Origin: Amoebidium appalachense
Lineage: Eukaryota; Protista; Ichthyosporea
Length of the DNA: 64,000 bases
Direction: 5' to 3'
Assembly (NCBI GenBank): GCA_963693365.1
Contig: CAVNZM010000010.1
Span: 6,325,794-6,389,793, forward strand
The translations under genes were made by a program, and so were the position numbers. Under the pieces are notes generated by a model, which did not search any database, had not been told where the DNA came from, and saw only the letters and a list, made by a program, of their open reading frames with translations. Each line of letters opens with the position of its first letter. Within the stretch, counting starts at the first letter, position 1. This document shows, piece by piece, positions 1 to 23,929 of the stretch.

Positions 1-1460
1 CTGGGGTGGGGGAGAGGGGGGAGGGCAGGGAAGGGGGGGGGGGAGGGGAGGGGAGGGGAGGGGGGAGTATGACCGTATGGCATAGTCTGAGTTTCAGGTG
101 ATCAAGGAACTCTATTAGCCTCAATCAAAGTTTACGTTTTGGCATTGTATGCATGCATATGTAAGCTGCTGCTGAATATAGTACTCTTATGTGATCAGGT
201 TTTATGATACAGTCACATGATGTCAGCCTATAGGGTGGGCGGTGGGTCCCCTCCCCCTCCCCTCCCCCTGCTAGCCGGAGGGGTGGGTGGGTCCCCCCCC
301 CCCGCAACGTTACTACTACCCCCCTCCCCGTTCAAAATCAAGAATCCCTAACCCCCTTTCCACCCTCCCATATTTCCCCTCCTACCACATACCTCCCAGA
401 TTCTGATGACAACCCCTTCCCCCCCCCTCCCCCCCCCCCAACCCACCCATGTGCATATCCACCACCACCACCACACACGTGTACACAAAAATCTTCGATT
501 TCAACACTACATATACCTATAAACACAGCCTTGTCAACCAGTTGCATAAATGCATTGCCTTTTACTTTATTACACCACCGAGTCAATACATTTCTGCAGT
601 GGTATGGATAGTGGAACCTGTCAACAGCTGCAACCATACAAATTCATAATTCAGCCACCCGGGCTGAAGATTTCAAGTAGTATAACTAGTACTGGTGCAA
701 AAGGTTCATATAACAATAATATATCACAATTGGCAAAGAACCACATCCTTTCCAGTGCGTTGATAAACGCAAAAAAAAAAAAAAAAAAAAACCTAAACGT
801 GCAGTGTTTGCATGTTTGCTAAGGCTGTAAAATAACTGTTTTCATTCCTGATATACGACATGATGCAATACAGTAATTACCACGTGCATTCACATAACGT
901 GCAAACAAACCATTATTGGTGCACGATATGTCAGGTTTAAACGAAAAGCAGGAAAGCAATCCTATGCAATGCACCGAACAGTGTTAGCAGCACTGTCTCC
1001 CCCCCCCCCCCCCCCCTCCCTCCCTCCCCCGCTGCGCAAAACACACACACACACACACACACACACAACGAAAAAGGGGGGGGGGGGGGGGGGGGAGAGA
1101 AGGAAAAAAGAAGGAAAAAAGAAGGGAAAAGAAGAAAAAAAGAACCCCTCCTCCGGGTTCACCGTCCCTCCCCTATGCTACTGTTCACTGCACGGTAAGG
1201 AACAAGCAGCAATTATCCGATTTCCGAATTGAAAAACAATGTCTTCAATCTGTATATGATGGTTGGGATCCCAGCTCAGCTTCACAGCTCACGGCGCAAG
1301 CTACCGTCATATTTTCACCTCGCGCGTCAGGGGCAAAATAAAAATGGAAATAAAAAATGAAAATATGAAAGAAAACAGGGATAGCATGAAGACATGAATC
1401 GAAGAGACGGTGACCGGAAAGGCCGTTCAGAATCTCATCGGACGGAAAACTGTCGCATTA

Positions 1461-11070
<9,610 letters not shown>

Positions 11071-11674
11071 CTTCGGCGGCAAAGGTTACGAACGCCTATC
11101 TCTCAGAAAAGCATCAAGCTTCGTGCAAGTTAGCAGTTAACATGTATAGTAAGCATAGCTATTCTGTTATCCCTTAATGTGTGGTTAGAAAAGTTTACGA
11201 TAGTGCTTGCAAGGGCGAAAGGTTGTTGTTGGCTCGTGAGGTTTTGCCGTGATCGGGATCAACGTAAACATTTGTTGCTGATTTGAATTTTTATGTCACC
11301 AAAGAGAAGGCTACATAATAACCTAATTATAAGAATTTTCATGACCCATTTGGCTGCTGACCAACATAGCTTGTGTATCTCATGAGAGAGTCCTCTTGAC
11401 ACTTGTGCCAAAAACATCAGAAATATCTAAGCCCTGTCTCAACCTCTAACCAACCAAAATCATAACGAACAGCACAGAAAAGAAGAAAAAAAACTGGGGC
11501 ACAACTCTTTTCTAGGCTCACTGATTGTGCTTGCTAAACCGTTATACACAGTCGCACAGAACAGAACGAAAAACAAAGCATCCCTTCTGTGGTTGAAGGG
11601 CACTTTCGCTTGCAGCGTACTCAAGTTGGTGCGAGGCTGCGCGGGCAGCTGCAGCGTAGTTTTGGCATTGGCGA

Positions 11675-11725
11675 ACTTTTTGAAGTGGCCGGGAACGCAA
11701 ACAGGCGCGGAAATGATTGGCTGTA
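11675..11725 (-). promoter_or_regulatory. Candidate cell-cycle promoter module upstream of FZR1 (E2F site + CCAAT box + CHR-like motif)
   Basis: GGCGCGGAAA at 11704-11713 (reverse complement TTTCCGCGCC, E2F consensus) directly beside TGATTGGCT (reverse complement AGCCAATCA, NF-Y), plus TTTGAA at ~11679; about 630 bp upstream of the ATG. Confidence 0.45.
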
Positions 11726-13378
11726 CTTTGGGGGCTAATGGGAACTAATGTAAATGCGTTAAACTATAACACACAAGCACCTGGGTTGCCCAAAGTAGGA
11801 TTTTATATAGTTAATATTTTTAAATAATAGCAAATTTCATGCTTTGCTATCACCGCTTTTGACCGTTATGTGCATCGTAAATCGATCGCGAACACACCGG
11901 CCGGTCGCGGTGCCGCCCTGCAGGCCCGCGCGTAAACAAACGTCTAGACCGTGCCGCGAAGTTGACCGGCCGGCGGCCGCCTCACGAGCGTATCATGCCC
12001 GGCCGGTTTCTGGTCGCCTCGGAAGTTCACCGCCCTTGCTGCGCCTTGTTAGGTTTGCTAAACCCCATTTGGTAAACTTGATGACACAGCATGGACAAAC
12101 CCATTTGCAACAAGACGGGTGGCCAAAGGCATTCATGCAGCCACGGGCCATACCTTGCTTGATACTAATAAGCCTTGAGTGCGTGCGTTGAAGACTCATG
12201 GCCTTTCTGATGCACTGTATGTGGTAAGCTGCATCCCCGGCCGTTAGAAGCGAGCAAGGGAGGGGGGGTTAGGGCGGCTGCGGCGGGACGGGCAGTATTT
12301 TTTTATTATTTTTTTTTTTTGGACTGGGGGGGGGGGAGGGGGAAGGTGGGAGGGAGGAGAGGGAGGTGGAGGGGGAAGGACCGTCCGTGGCTGGGAGGGG
12401 GGGGGGGGGGGGGGGGGATCCCGATGATGTTGACTGCATATGCTTGCAGAAATTACACCGGCAAGGGTTGATGTGAAAGACCGTCAATACGAGATCTGCA
12501 TGTTAGGCCTGGATTATAATTATCATAATGCAGGTATTAGTACTCATTATGTGCTGCAGCGGGAAGTCAGCACACCGGTACCGGTACCGTGACAGGGGCT
12601 GTGTAGCCGTTCACCGACCATTATGTTCAACAGAACTTTCTTTTTTTTTGCCCTCATTCCACTCAGTGCAGAGAAGTAGGTTTACCTGTATACATTGTCT
12701 GAACTTGAGACGCCTGGATTGTGTATAAATCCATGATGATGGTGTCCCGGCCCACCCATACTCTTTTTTTGAACGGTACCATAGCTACGGTAGCACGATT
12801 CGAATGGTGCTACGTTTACTAAACCCAGCGAGCTAATTTTTGTGTCATTTACGTTTGTGCTGTGTGCACGTGTGCGTCTCTATCCTGACATGTATCTCCC
12901 CTCTCTCTCTCTCTCTCCCCCCCCCCCCCCCCCCAAAAAAAAAAAAAAAAAAAAAAAAAAACACTACCACCAAATCCCCCCGACAACACAAACGAACACC
13001 AAAACCATATTTAACCCGTTTATTCCCTCCTCTTCTTTCGTTCGCTCTTTCACTCCACTCTATTCTTTCTTCTTTTGGCTCCCCTGCAACGTTTCATTCG
13101 GTATCATACGGTTAAATCAAAGCTACGGTTTAACTTGCAGTGTAGATTATTAAAGTTTGTGTCGACAAACTATGTATGCCAATTGGTGTACCAGTGTCGC
13201 CGGGGCCCCTTTGTTCAGCGCATAGAGCGGTTAGTTTTGCTTTGTAAAGCTGCACGACCAAATTCGAAAAATTCCTTAGAAGGCAAATATTTGCTTGGGG
13301 TCTGCAGACGGTTTTTGGCCCTCACGCCACTGAGGTTGTTGGTGTTTTCCTCAGAAGGCTTGCCACGGGTGGACACTC

Positions 13379-13970
13379 TCACCCTCTTGTCCGGTAACGA
13401 TTTCCCCTGCGAGGTTGAACTGCAAACACGAGAACCCAGGGTCAGTTTTGCGGCCGGACAGCGGAAAATAGCAAATAAAACGATAAAATGGTATAACTGG
13501 CCGTGTCCCCACCCTACCACCACCACCACCACCACCCCCATCCACACACGCATTCACACATGTGATAACACACACACCGCCGTCACTATTGCCACCACCA
13601 TGGCCACCAGAAACCCCCCGGCCCACCATCCCTCACTCTAAGCCCTAACTCGAGATCAATCTTCCCTGCTATGTTGTACCACTTTTCATGACTGCCTTGA
13701 TACTCATAAACCGGGCCCTTCTGCCCCAGAAAATTATGACCGGTAGCCCGATATATTATAACCGATAAGGAGCAAACAGATGGCTTTATACTGCTCGCTG
13801 GGTAGCTGTTGTGTTGAGTATCATAAAAAATGTTGGTATTGGGTTTTTCCTTGTGTGTGTGTGCACATATTGGGAGCATATAGTCAGAGGGGCGAGTGCC
13901 ACAGCCTAGGAAATGGCAAAGTGGGATGGGTGCCCACGGGGAGGGGGGATGGGGGAGCAGGGTGGTGTGT

Positions 13971-14019
<49 letters not shown>

Positions 14020-14632
14020 ATAATAAATCTTGTTAAATGGAAAAAGAATATGCATACTCCTAGAAAAGACAAAAAATAGTAGCCAATGGCAAGGATCCAT
14101 GTGAATGGTGGGTGAGTAAGTACACAAGAGCACAATTATATGTGTGGATCAAGAATGGTGATCACTCACCTGGGGGAGGCACGGGTGGGCTTGTTGGGGC
14201 TGCATTGCCAGGCTGCTGAGGGTTTGTGGCTGTCTGCTTGTTCGGTTGCTGGGTTGGCTGGGCTGCAGGCTGTGCATCCCCCTGCTTGCTGAAGAACTCC
14301 TTGACTACGAACGATCGTGACACCTTCGGTGGCAGGCAGAGAATGGCCTGCGGTGTTGCACAAGGGCAATAATTCATGTTAGATGATATCCATGCCCAGT
14401 ATTCTTGATATTCTCCTTGTTCCAACTAATGATTCTCCAGCTAATAATGCCCCGGCCCCTATGTACCAGTCCCCCCCCCCCCCCCCCCCCCCTCCGCCAA
14501 AAAAAAAAAAAAAAAAAAAAAAAGAAAAGAGAAGCCCTCCACATGTGGCTCTCCTCTCGTTGTTTACATGGTATGAAATTGGACAGTTTCTCACTCTCAC
14601 TTTCTCTGCCTCTGTCTCTCGCCCTGTCCCCC

Positions 14633-14684
<52 letters not shown>

Positions 14685-15568
14685 GGCCTTAACCCTGCTT
14701 GCTCATTGCATAAATCATGGTACATTTGTACACCCGCCAACCCACCCTCTACCATCCTACTTTCCCCTCACCAGCCCCTGCCACCCACTCAAGTCTCCTC
14801 AAGCCTTGACGTGGGATTGATCTTCTCAAATGTGTTCTAATAGATTACGGGTTGTTATCCCCAGAGAATTTTCACATTAAAAATACGTGCTACGGGCTAT
14901 GGGTGTCTATTATAACTTACTTGCAAATACCCGTCCAAAACGGGCAGTCGCTGTGCTGCAAGGGCCTCTGTAACGTGCAGCCTCATGGGTGGAAGGTCTG
15001 GTAGTGTCCGTGGCTTGCCGGTAGTTCCTGCCTCCTCAGGGAAGTGTGCTGTTCCAGTCACATGGGATAGGCATCAGTGTGCATGTAGGGCTGTTGGTAC
15101 TGTACATGCACAAACAAAAAAACTTTATCGGTACAGGTTTGACCAGCAGTGGAGAGAAATCCCCAGACGGGGGGAGAGGGGGGGCTGGGGAAGGGGGGAA
15201 CCTTTTTTTTTCCTTTCTTAGACTTCACTCCGTCTCCCGGGAGATGAACGGGGGGGGGGGGGGGGGGGGGGGGGTCGGAAAAAAGTTCTGAAGAAAGAAG
15301 CGAGAAATAAAAAGCGAGAAAAAGAAACATCTTATCTTTTTTTTTCTTAGTCTCTTTAAGCTTTCCATCGCAGAAAATCTGTGCCAAAAGCTTCTATTGC
15401 CCTCCTTTAGTTGTCATTAAGTAATTTGGGGGAATAAGTTCTTTCCTGTTGGTCTCGTTGTCTCTGCGTTTTTTATTTATTGATAAATGAGTTCCCGTGG
15501 TTGGGTTTTTTTTCTTTCTCTTTCTTCCTTCCTTCCGTTCTTTCTTTTCTTTTCTTTTCTTTCTTTTT

Positions 15569-15617
<49 letters not shown>

Positions 15618-17328
15618 TATACCTGTCAGGGCCAGATGCAAGTCAAAGAAGTCGTCATAACGGCGCCACATGGTTGCACCCCCCTCCTCCACAACGCTGT
15701 ACACAAAGCCCTTGCCCAACCGCCCAGCCTCAGGCCGGCATTCCTGCACCCTGACCTGTGTGCATTGGTTAGTTTAGATTTGTGTGTTTTACCGCTGTTA
15801 TTATCACATGCCATAAAGCCTTGCTTAACCCCTCTACACAGGTAAAAGGGGAAGCTTTCTTAAATTTCTTAAAGCATGTTCGTCTTGCCCCCCCCCCCCC
15901 CCCCCCCCCCCCCCACACACACACGCACACACACCACCCCACCCTTCTCCTCATCTCTGAATCTACACGCGTATGCACACACCCCTGCTTCGAGGTAGGG
16001 AGGAGGGAGGGAACGGAGGGTAGCCTAAGGGGCTATGTGAGCCTTTGGAGGGTGCATATGAGAGGTACATACACAACATGGATGGTGCGGGTACGTAGGA
16101 AGAGACAGACGACCACAGAGAAATCTGAGTATTGGTGTTTGGATAAGTCATTCCAAGCGGTGCTTGGTCATACTAGACACGCACGAACGAGGGTTGTGGG
16201 TTTGAGGGAGGCACCTTTCGTGCAGGGGCTCCGAACCCGAGCTTGGCATCAGATGTACGGTTTCCTGCCTGGGGAGATGAGAGTCCTCCCTGTGTCTGTG
16301 TGTTTAAGTAAGCAAGGGTTAAAACGTGAGAACCCTGGACTGTGAACCTCTCCTCCTTCCTCTCCCCTCTACAAACTGAGGACATACCCCCCCCTCCCCC
16401 CCCCCCCCCCCTTCCCCCCCCCCCCCCCCCCCCTTCACCCAGACACACACATACACACACACAACAGCTAGCGAGAAGCATACACAATGTGTGTCCAAAA
16501 TTCAGCATAGAACAACTCTTACCTTTGCCTGTGGCTGTGTGACCGGTGTGTGCGATTGTGGTGGCTGGTATGGTGGTATGGTTGGGGCCTTTGCAGACTG
16601 TGTGCTCTGATATGGTGCAATTTTAGGTGGGTTGGGGTTCTTTGGGCTCCGTGGCGGAGATAACTGTGGGTCAACCTGCAGCAAGATGGTCTCAGTGTTT
16701 GACTTCTATCGCTGTAGGAAGTACCTGTGCAGGCCTCTGATCTGATATTTCTGCCGTGCACAGTATCTCCCCCCCCCACCCCCCGCCCCTTTCATCCAGT
16801 CATTCGGGAAAAAAAACGTGCCTAACTTAACATCCCCACCACCAGTTGCACTACCTCCCCCCCTCCCCCCCTCCCGCCTCTCCCACCTCACTCACATGCA
16901 CATTCACCCATCCCTTGACTACACAGCTACCACGAAGACCATTGCTCCCCCCCTCCCCTCCTCTCCCCCCCCCTCCCCCGGGGGATCCCGCTCTTTTTAA
17001 TAAAATTGTTGGTATGAATAGCTGCCACTTACGGTTTTTGTGGACGCCGATTCTCCGCTGCTGGGTTTCAGATTCGAGTGCTTGCCTGTGCTTTGAACTG
17101 AGATTCGGACGATCAGTCAACATGGTATGCGGCATATGTAAAGTGTAATTAAGTAGAATTCACTAGAAGGGCCGTGGAAAAGTAGAGAGGGGAGGAAGGA
17201 GGTTGGGGGGGGGGGGGGGGGGGGAGGGGAGGGGGGGGAGGGAGGGGGCAGATGAGACAATACAAAGAATATGTTTCTGCCCATTATGGGAATGCAAAAC
17301 TTGTGTGTGTATGAACTTTTCGCTGGGG

Positions 17329-17359
<31 letters not shown>

Positions 17360-18225
17360 AGGGGGGAGGGGGAGGAAGAGGGTCACAGGGCTCGGACCGA
17401 GGAACGGAGGTTACGTAGGTAGGTACTTCTTCTTCTCCCTCTCTCCCTCTCTCTTCCTCCCTCCCTCCCTCCCTCCCTCTCTCTCTCTCTCTCTCTCCCC
17501 CCCCCCCCCCCTCTCTGTATGTGTGCGTCTGTGTGTGTTTGTTTGTTTGTATTTCTTTTTTTTTTTTGCGTGGCGGGGGGAGGGGGGGGGGGGGGGGGGG
17601 GATTACCAGTAGTGGAGGGCAGGGACCTGTTTCTGTTGAGGGCAGTTGGGCTCGAGGGAGGCACAGTCTGCAGGTCTGGCTCGGACATGGCCATGGGGTT
17701 GCTGATCTGGGGCCGGGACTTGGACTGCCGCTTGACCAGAGAGCTGAGGAACCCGAAGAAACTGTTGCGCTTGCCGGCCTTGTCGTGTGTCTGACAGGAA
17801 TAAAAGTAAGCATGTTGCTTTCATGGGTTCCGACGCTCCTCCGTACCATGACCCTCCCCTCCTTCCCCCCCCCCTCCCCCCACCCCCTCCTACCCCCTCT
17901 CTCCCCCTCCCCCCCCCCCCCCCCACACACACACACACGTACACACTTTTCCCAAGTCTCCCCCTTCCTCTTTTCTTAGGCCCAGTACCCTCGTGCTATT
18001 CTCTTTACTTGGCTGGTGGCAGGGGGTTGGGGGGGAGGGGGGGGGGGGGGGGGGGGGGGAGGGGGCTAGAGGTATTGGTCATTAGATCGGCCTCAAATTT
18101 CAAAGCTGGGTTTGGCTATGGTACTTTAGTGTGTGTACTTGTAAATCCACTTGTGCAGGTTGTGTTTGTTCATATAACTGGTACTCTTGACCAAAACAGC
18201 TACCACCACCACCACAACAACAACA

Positions 18226-18259
<34 letters not shown>

Positions 18260-18716
18260 GCGTGTGTCGAAAGAATTATTGGGGTGTGAAGGAGGGGGTG
18301 GGAAACGAAAGGGGGGCAGAGGAGGAGGAGGAGAAGGGGGGAGGGGGGGGGGGGGGGGGAAGAGAGGGGAGAATTCCGTTGTATATTCGAAATGGTGTGG
18401 GGAGGGGGGAAGAGGGGGTACCAGGAGGTTGTGATTTGAGGTTGTATAGGGTACGGGGCTCTGCTTGTAGTCTTACCGAATCGGATGAGCCGTGGAGCTC
18501 AGGAACTGAGTTGTGTCGGGGGGGTGTGCTGTCTGCTGTTGGGCTGGATGGGGTTGACAGGGCTGAGGAGGATGCTGCATGTAGTTTATACAGGATGAGT
18601 GCCCATAATAATATCGGATTTTGTCTGCTCTCTTTTCGCATGTCTCTCCGCGAGTCTCTCTCTCTCCCTCTCCCTCCCTCCCTCTCTCTCCCTTCCCCTC
18701 CCCCCCCCCCCCCCCC

Positions 18717-18752
<36 letters not shown>

Positions 18753-19041
18753 ATCTCCCTCCTCCCCACACCCGGCCATGGGGAAAAGAACAGCCCGACA
18801 CCGATGCTACTGGGTCTCACATGGCGTCACATTGATATTCTCGTAAAATCTCAAGATTCATCGCCAATTTGAAAAAATAAAAGATAAGAACAAATCCCAA
18901 GTTCACCTAAGCTATCTCGTAGCACAGGTACGGAGATATTCACACTCTTTATCATTATGATATAGTAGGATTCTATAATTCTGACACCTATGCGGACCGG
19001 CCCTGTTCAGGCTCCAACAGCTGGAGCTCCGGTTTGGGTTA

Positions 19042-19074
<33 letters not shown>

Positions 19075-19670
19075 TCCCACATACTCTTCCCCTCCCCCCT
19101 TCCCCCCCCCCCCCAAAAAAAAAAAAAAAAAGAAAGAAAAAAAAAACCGTCTTTCCGGTTTCAGGTAGATCGAATGTGTTGCCTCCCCCCTCCCCCCCCC
19201 CCCCCCCCCCTTTTTTTTTTTTTTCTCTTGTAGTCTTACATATCCCTCTTTCTCGATCTCCCTTCTCCCGTGCACTACCAAACATTCTCGCAACCACGCA
19301 CGGCCTTACCTTCTGCTACGTCCAGCCCTGTTTTTCTCAACAACTCCTTTTTGCGCAGAAATTCAGGAACATTTTCGTTGCTGCCGGCAACGTCTAGCCC
19401 ACCGTCCATCGACGCCGCATCAGCTGCCGATGTGTTTGCATGAATAAGTTACGTGATAGTTCAAGGGAATTATTGCCATTGATTTTCACCAGATTGAAGA
19501 AATACCCGATGGAGAGAGTATATCAGAGCTCGTTACACACACAAACATGAGGGTGATTCAGAAAAAGCATGCATGTGCAAACGCATGCTTCAAACTCACC
19601 ATATGTATAGACCCAACAAAACTGATATAGTTCCATACCAGAGCTACTCTTATGCATGCACGGCAGAAAT

Positions 19671-19708
<38 letters not shown>

Positions 19709-20541
19709 CCCCCCAACCCCCACCCCTACCTTTTCGCAGGCGGTTTCTTGCAGCCAAGAACTCGACCTCTGGTTCCAATTGGCTATGTTCAAGGAGACTT
19801 GTTGCAGATGCATTTGAACCTCTCTGTAGGTCTGGCCGTAGGGGAGAGGACGGGGCCTTTGTGGACACGGGTGACTGGGGTACTGATGCCTGTGTGGCGG
19901 CACTGAGGCACAAAGTGAGCACTGGGACACATGCACGGTTGTGCTGGCTGGAATAAAAACTACTACTAGTACAATAGCATAGTAAACTCTTTCAGTGGCT
20001 CTCCTTTTTACGCACCTCCCCTCCCCCCCCCTTCCCCCAACACACACATACACCCCACCCCACCCCCGTCTGCCCCTCAACCCCTAAGAATTCGAATTTC
20101 AAAAAAGGGAGAGAATGAGAAAGAAAAGGCGAGCAAAATTGCTAGAAGACATGCTTTCACACCTGTGGACACCCACTTGGCCTACGCTTGCGCATGCGAG
20201 GTCTTTATCTATCCTGGTCTCTCGCCACATATCAACTCTATTTAACGTAACCGAGATTCTACCCCCCTCCTACCCCACTCGCTCCCCTCCGTGCCCCTAT
20301 CCGCCACCCCTACCGCATGTGTGTAAGTGTGTGCGCGCCCACAAACACACACACATGCTCCTTGCCTTAACGTCCCCCTTACCCACCTCAAAAAAAGAAA
20401 AGAAAGAAAAGGAGGGGGAGGGGGGCAGGGGAGGGGGGGGGGGAGGAGGAGGGGGGGCACACTCTCCCGGTTACGGTACTTGGGCCACCTAAATTGACTA
20501 CTCTGTCCCGGTGAGCAGTATGATTTGCGCATGCACATGCA

Positions 20542-20618
<77 letters not shown>

Positions 20619-22105
20619 GGTTTCTAATTATCGTTCTTTTTTTTCTTTTTTTTTTAGGGGGGGGAGGGGGGGGGAGGGGGCAAGCAAACAGAGTCGAGGT
20701 ACCTTGAGCTGGAGCTGTTCAAGCCAGCCTGGCGGTTTGCCAGGGCCGATGCCTCTGACTGCCAGTCCTGTGCTGCCTTCTGCAACTCATCCACCAGCTT
20801 CTTGCGCTGTGTCTCTGTATGGATATGGGGTGAGGGGTGGGTGTGCTTGATCGTGTGCTCTTATATCGTACGTATACGTGTTTGGGGTGTGTTTCTGACG
20901 CAACTTAGGTGCAAGGCTGATAGGTATCGGGGCAAACATGATACGGGGGTTTTGCTTGTCGGGTTAGCAAGAGGTGGATTGGGTATATGTATGGTGATGT
21001 GGGTCGATGGCTGAGGCAGGGCTAAAGAAGTGGAAGCCCGCTTTATTAAGGGTTAAAGCTAAACGAGCGAAAAGGCATTCCAGATTCCAAACACACCACC
21101 GTATGTTAGCCATATTAGCCTCTCTCGCAATCGTACACTCTTGACCATTTGCATTGCTAGGGGGGAGGGGGGGGGGTTAGGTCTGTTTTAGGCAAATGGT
21201 GTGGGGATCATATATAGGAGGGATGGGTGCATGCAGTGCCGTTTTCATAGTTCCATGTATATATGGGGGGGTGATATCGAATACCTGAGGCACATGTCAG
21301 CACATGCGTGCTTTCTGGATCCGTGGTGTCCTGCAGGGTGAACCCGAATGGCCCTGTGTAGCCAAGAAGACGATTGTTGGCACTCTACTAGCCCTGTTAC
21401 ACCCATGCAAACCAACATTGGGCGGACTTTATACATGGCGTACATACATGCATGTGCCGTGTTTCACAAAAAGAAAGTTTTTTTTGTCTAGCACCTTCAT
21501 TGCCACCAGGTTTATTAAGCGAGCATCGGTAAAAATTTGCGAGTGTTTTTCATGGGGACGGCTAATGTTTGCATCTGCGATGTCCTGAGAACGTTTTTTC
21601 TTTACTGCAGAATTCAATGCTGGTGTGTTATGTCATGTGCTGTTAGAGTCAGTAAACGTGGGCCCACTTGAATTAATTGGCGCATATATATCATCGTGCC
21701 GCCAAGACGCTTATGGATTATTAACAATATATGTGGAGGGAATCGACTGGACCATGACATTCGCACCTGTTTCTGATGTGCCCTCAGTGGGTTTCACGGC
21801 CAGATTGCTGTAGAGCACAAAGCCGGGACCCTGGGGGCTAAGGCGCCCATCCTTCTTCTTTCTGGTAACTAGGGAAGTTGGGAGTTTGTTAGACCGGAAA
21901 GGACATGCGCATGCTTAGAGTCTAGGTGGAGCTACTTATTTCAGTTATCAATCAGCATGTAGGGGGGAGGGGGAGGGGGGGGGGGGGGGAAGGTGTGGCG
22001 GCTTCTTCGCTTCTTTTCTTTTCAGGTCTTTTTTTTCCTCCTCCTAGTTTTTTCTTTTTCTTTTTTTTTTAGCAATGGGTAGGAAGTGGTGGTGGTGGTG
22101 GTGGT

Positions 22106-22144
<39 letters not shown>

Positions 22145-22173
22145 CGAAGGGAGGGGGGGAGGGAGGGGGGGGG

Positions 22174-22206
<33 letters not shown>

Positions 22207-22624
22207 CGCGCGGAGGGAGGAGGGGAGGGTTGCGGGGACGGGTTGATTTGCTACAATAGAAACTTTTATCATGTTACTAAATTTGAGGAGAACACAAATG
22301 GTATAGATCATAGCACAGAAAAAAAAAACATGCCCCTTTTTCAAACAGAGGAGTACTATGTGCACGTGCGGGAGATGTGCGGCAGGGTGGATGGATACCC
22401 AGTAAACTGTCGTTGAACAGATACACGGTCACATCGATGGGCTTAGGGTCTTTCGTGAGCTCCAGGGTCTCCTCGCGAACCAGACTGCGGTTGAGTGTGA
22501 CCAGCCGGAGTTCCTTCTGCGGGCGATAACATGCACGGTTATTATTCAGTTTCGAAAGTTGATGGGATGCTCGCTCACCCTCCCCTCCCCCCCCCCCCCC
22601 CCCCCCCCCCTCTTTCCCATACAC

Positions 22625-22721
<97 letters not shown>

Positions 22722-23302
22722 GCACAAGCACACACCTCTTACCCACACCCATGTTCGCTGACCCGTCTAAGAGCCTTAACCCTCTCATACCCCTCCTCCC
22801 CCCCCCCCTCCACTGCCCCCCCCTCTAGATCTCCCCCTGGGATCTGCGCTCGGACATCTGCCCGCAACCAAAGAAAACGACCTCCCGGCTTCTTCGTCTC
22901 GCAGATACTGTCCCTACTATGCACATTCGTGCCCTTTTCTGTACATTCTGGGTTCTTTCGCCGGCACACACTTTCATGTGTCTTACAATAGTGCTATGCA
23001 GGGGCAGAGGCCTCCGAGGACTCGGAGAGAGGGAGGGGGGGGGGGGGGGGGAGAGGGTGGGGGGGGGGGGGGGGGGGGGGAGGGGTGGGTGGGGGAAGGA
23101 GGGGGGGCATGTACATCAGTGAGCAGCTTTTCAACCTCCCTGGTCTTAGCCATCCCTTGCAGTTGGCGGGTCTGCTCGTTTACAATGTTTACCACTGCCT
23201 GTGGGAGGTAGCATGTGTGAGTGTTGCTGGAATAGGAGGCTTGCTTGGGAGAGGTAACGGGAATCGGAGTTATATCCTTTCAATAGTATTCGTTTGTTCG
23301 AT

Positions 23303-23333
<31 letters not shown>

Positions 23334-23605
23334 GGTGGCCCCTGAGGGGGAGGGGAAAAGAGAGATGGTGTTGGGAGCCAGAAAAGCAGGCGTGTGACTG
23401 TGATACTTGGGTTAAGAACACAGCCGCATACCAAGGAAGAAGGCGGGGGAGGGGGTAAGAACACGTTGGGCAGGGATTAGGGGGCTGAGGGTGTATGTGT
23501 GTGCGTCTGTGGGTAGGTGGGTGGGGGTGGGGAAGGGGGAGAGGGGAAGAGGGGGGCGGGAGGGGAAGGAGGGGAGGTGGTGGTGGTGGTGGTGGTGGTG
23601 GGGGT

Positions 23606-23637
<32 letters not shown>

Positions 23638-23896
23638 TTGGTTGTGGGGAGGGCGGAAGATGAAAGCTGAAGGGTTTGTATCGGAGGGACAATAAGTTAC
23701 CTCCAGCATGGACTGGGCCTGTGCTAGGGTCTGCCGGTCACGGTGGTCTTCACCAGTATGCTTCATGATTTCTGGCCGGAAGTGGTGTGAGAGCTCAGTG
23801 GATCAGCTACATCTTTGCTTTGCATTTGAATCTCTGCTGCCTCCTCCCTCCACCCCCCTCCCCCCTCCCCCTCCCCCTCCCAGCCCCTCTATCCCC

Positions 23897-23929
<33 letters not shown>

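Noticed and set aside
11844-12230. Possible plus-strand exon divergent from FZR1, ending near a GTAAGC donor-like site
   Set aside because: All frames I read hit stops and show no recognisable motif; insufficient support.
13075-13641. 188-aa plus-strand ORF and the overlapping minus-strand ORFs
   Set aside because: No recognisable motif; overlaps the probable last exon and 3'UTR of the RhoGEF gene.
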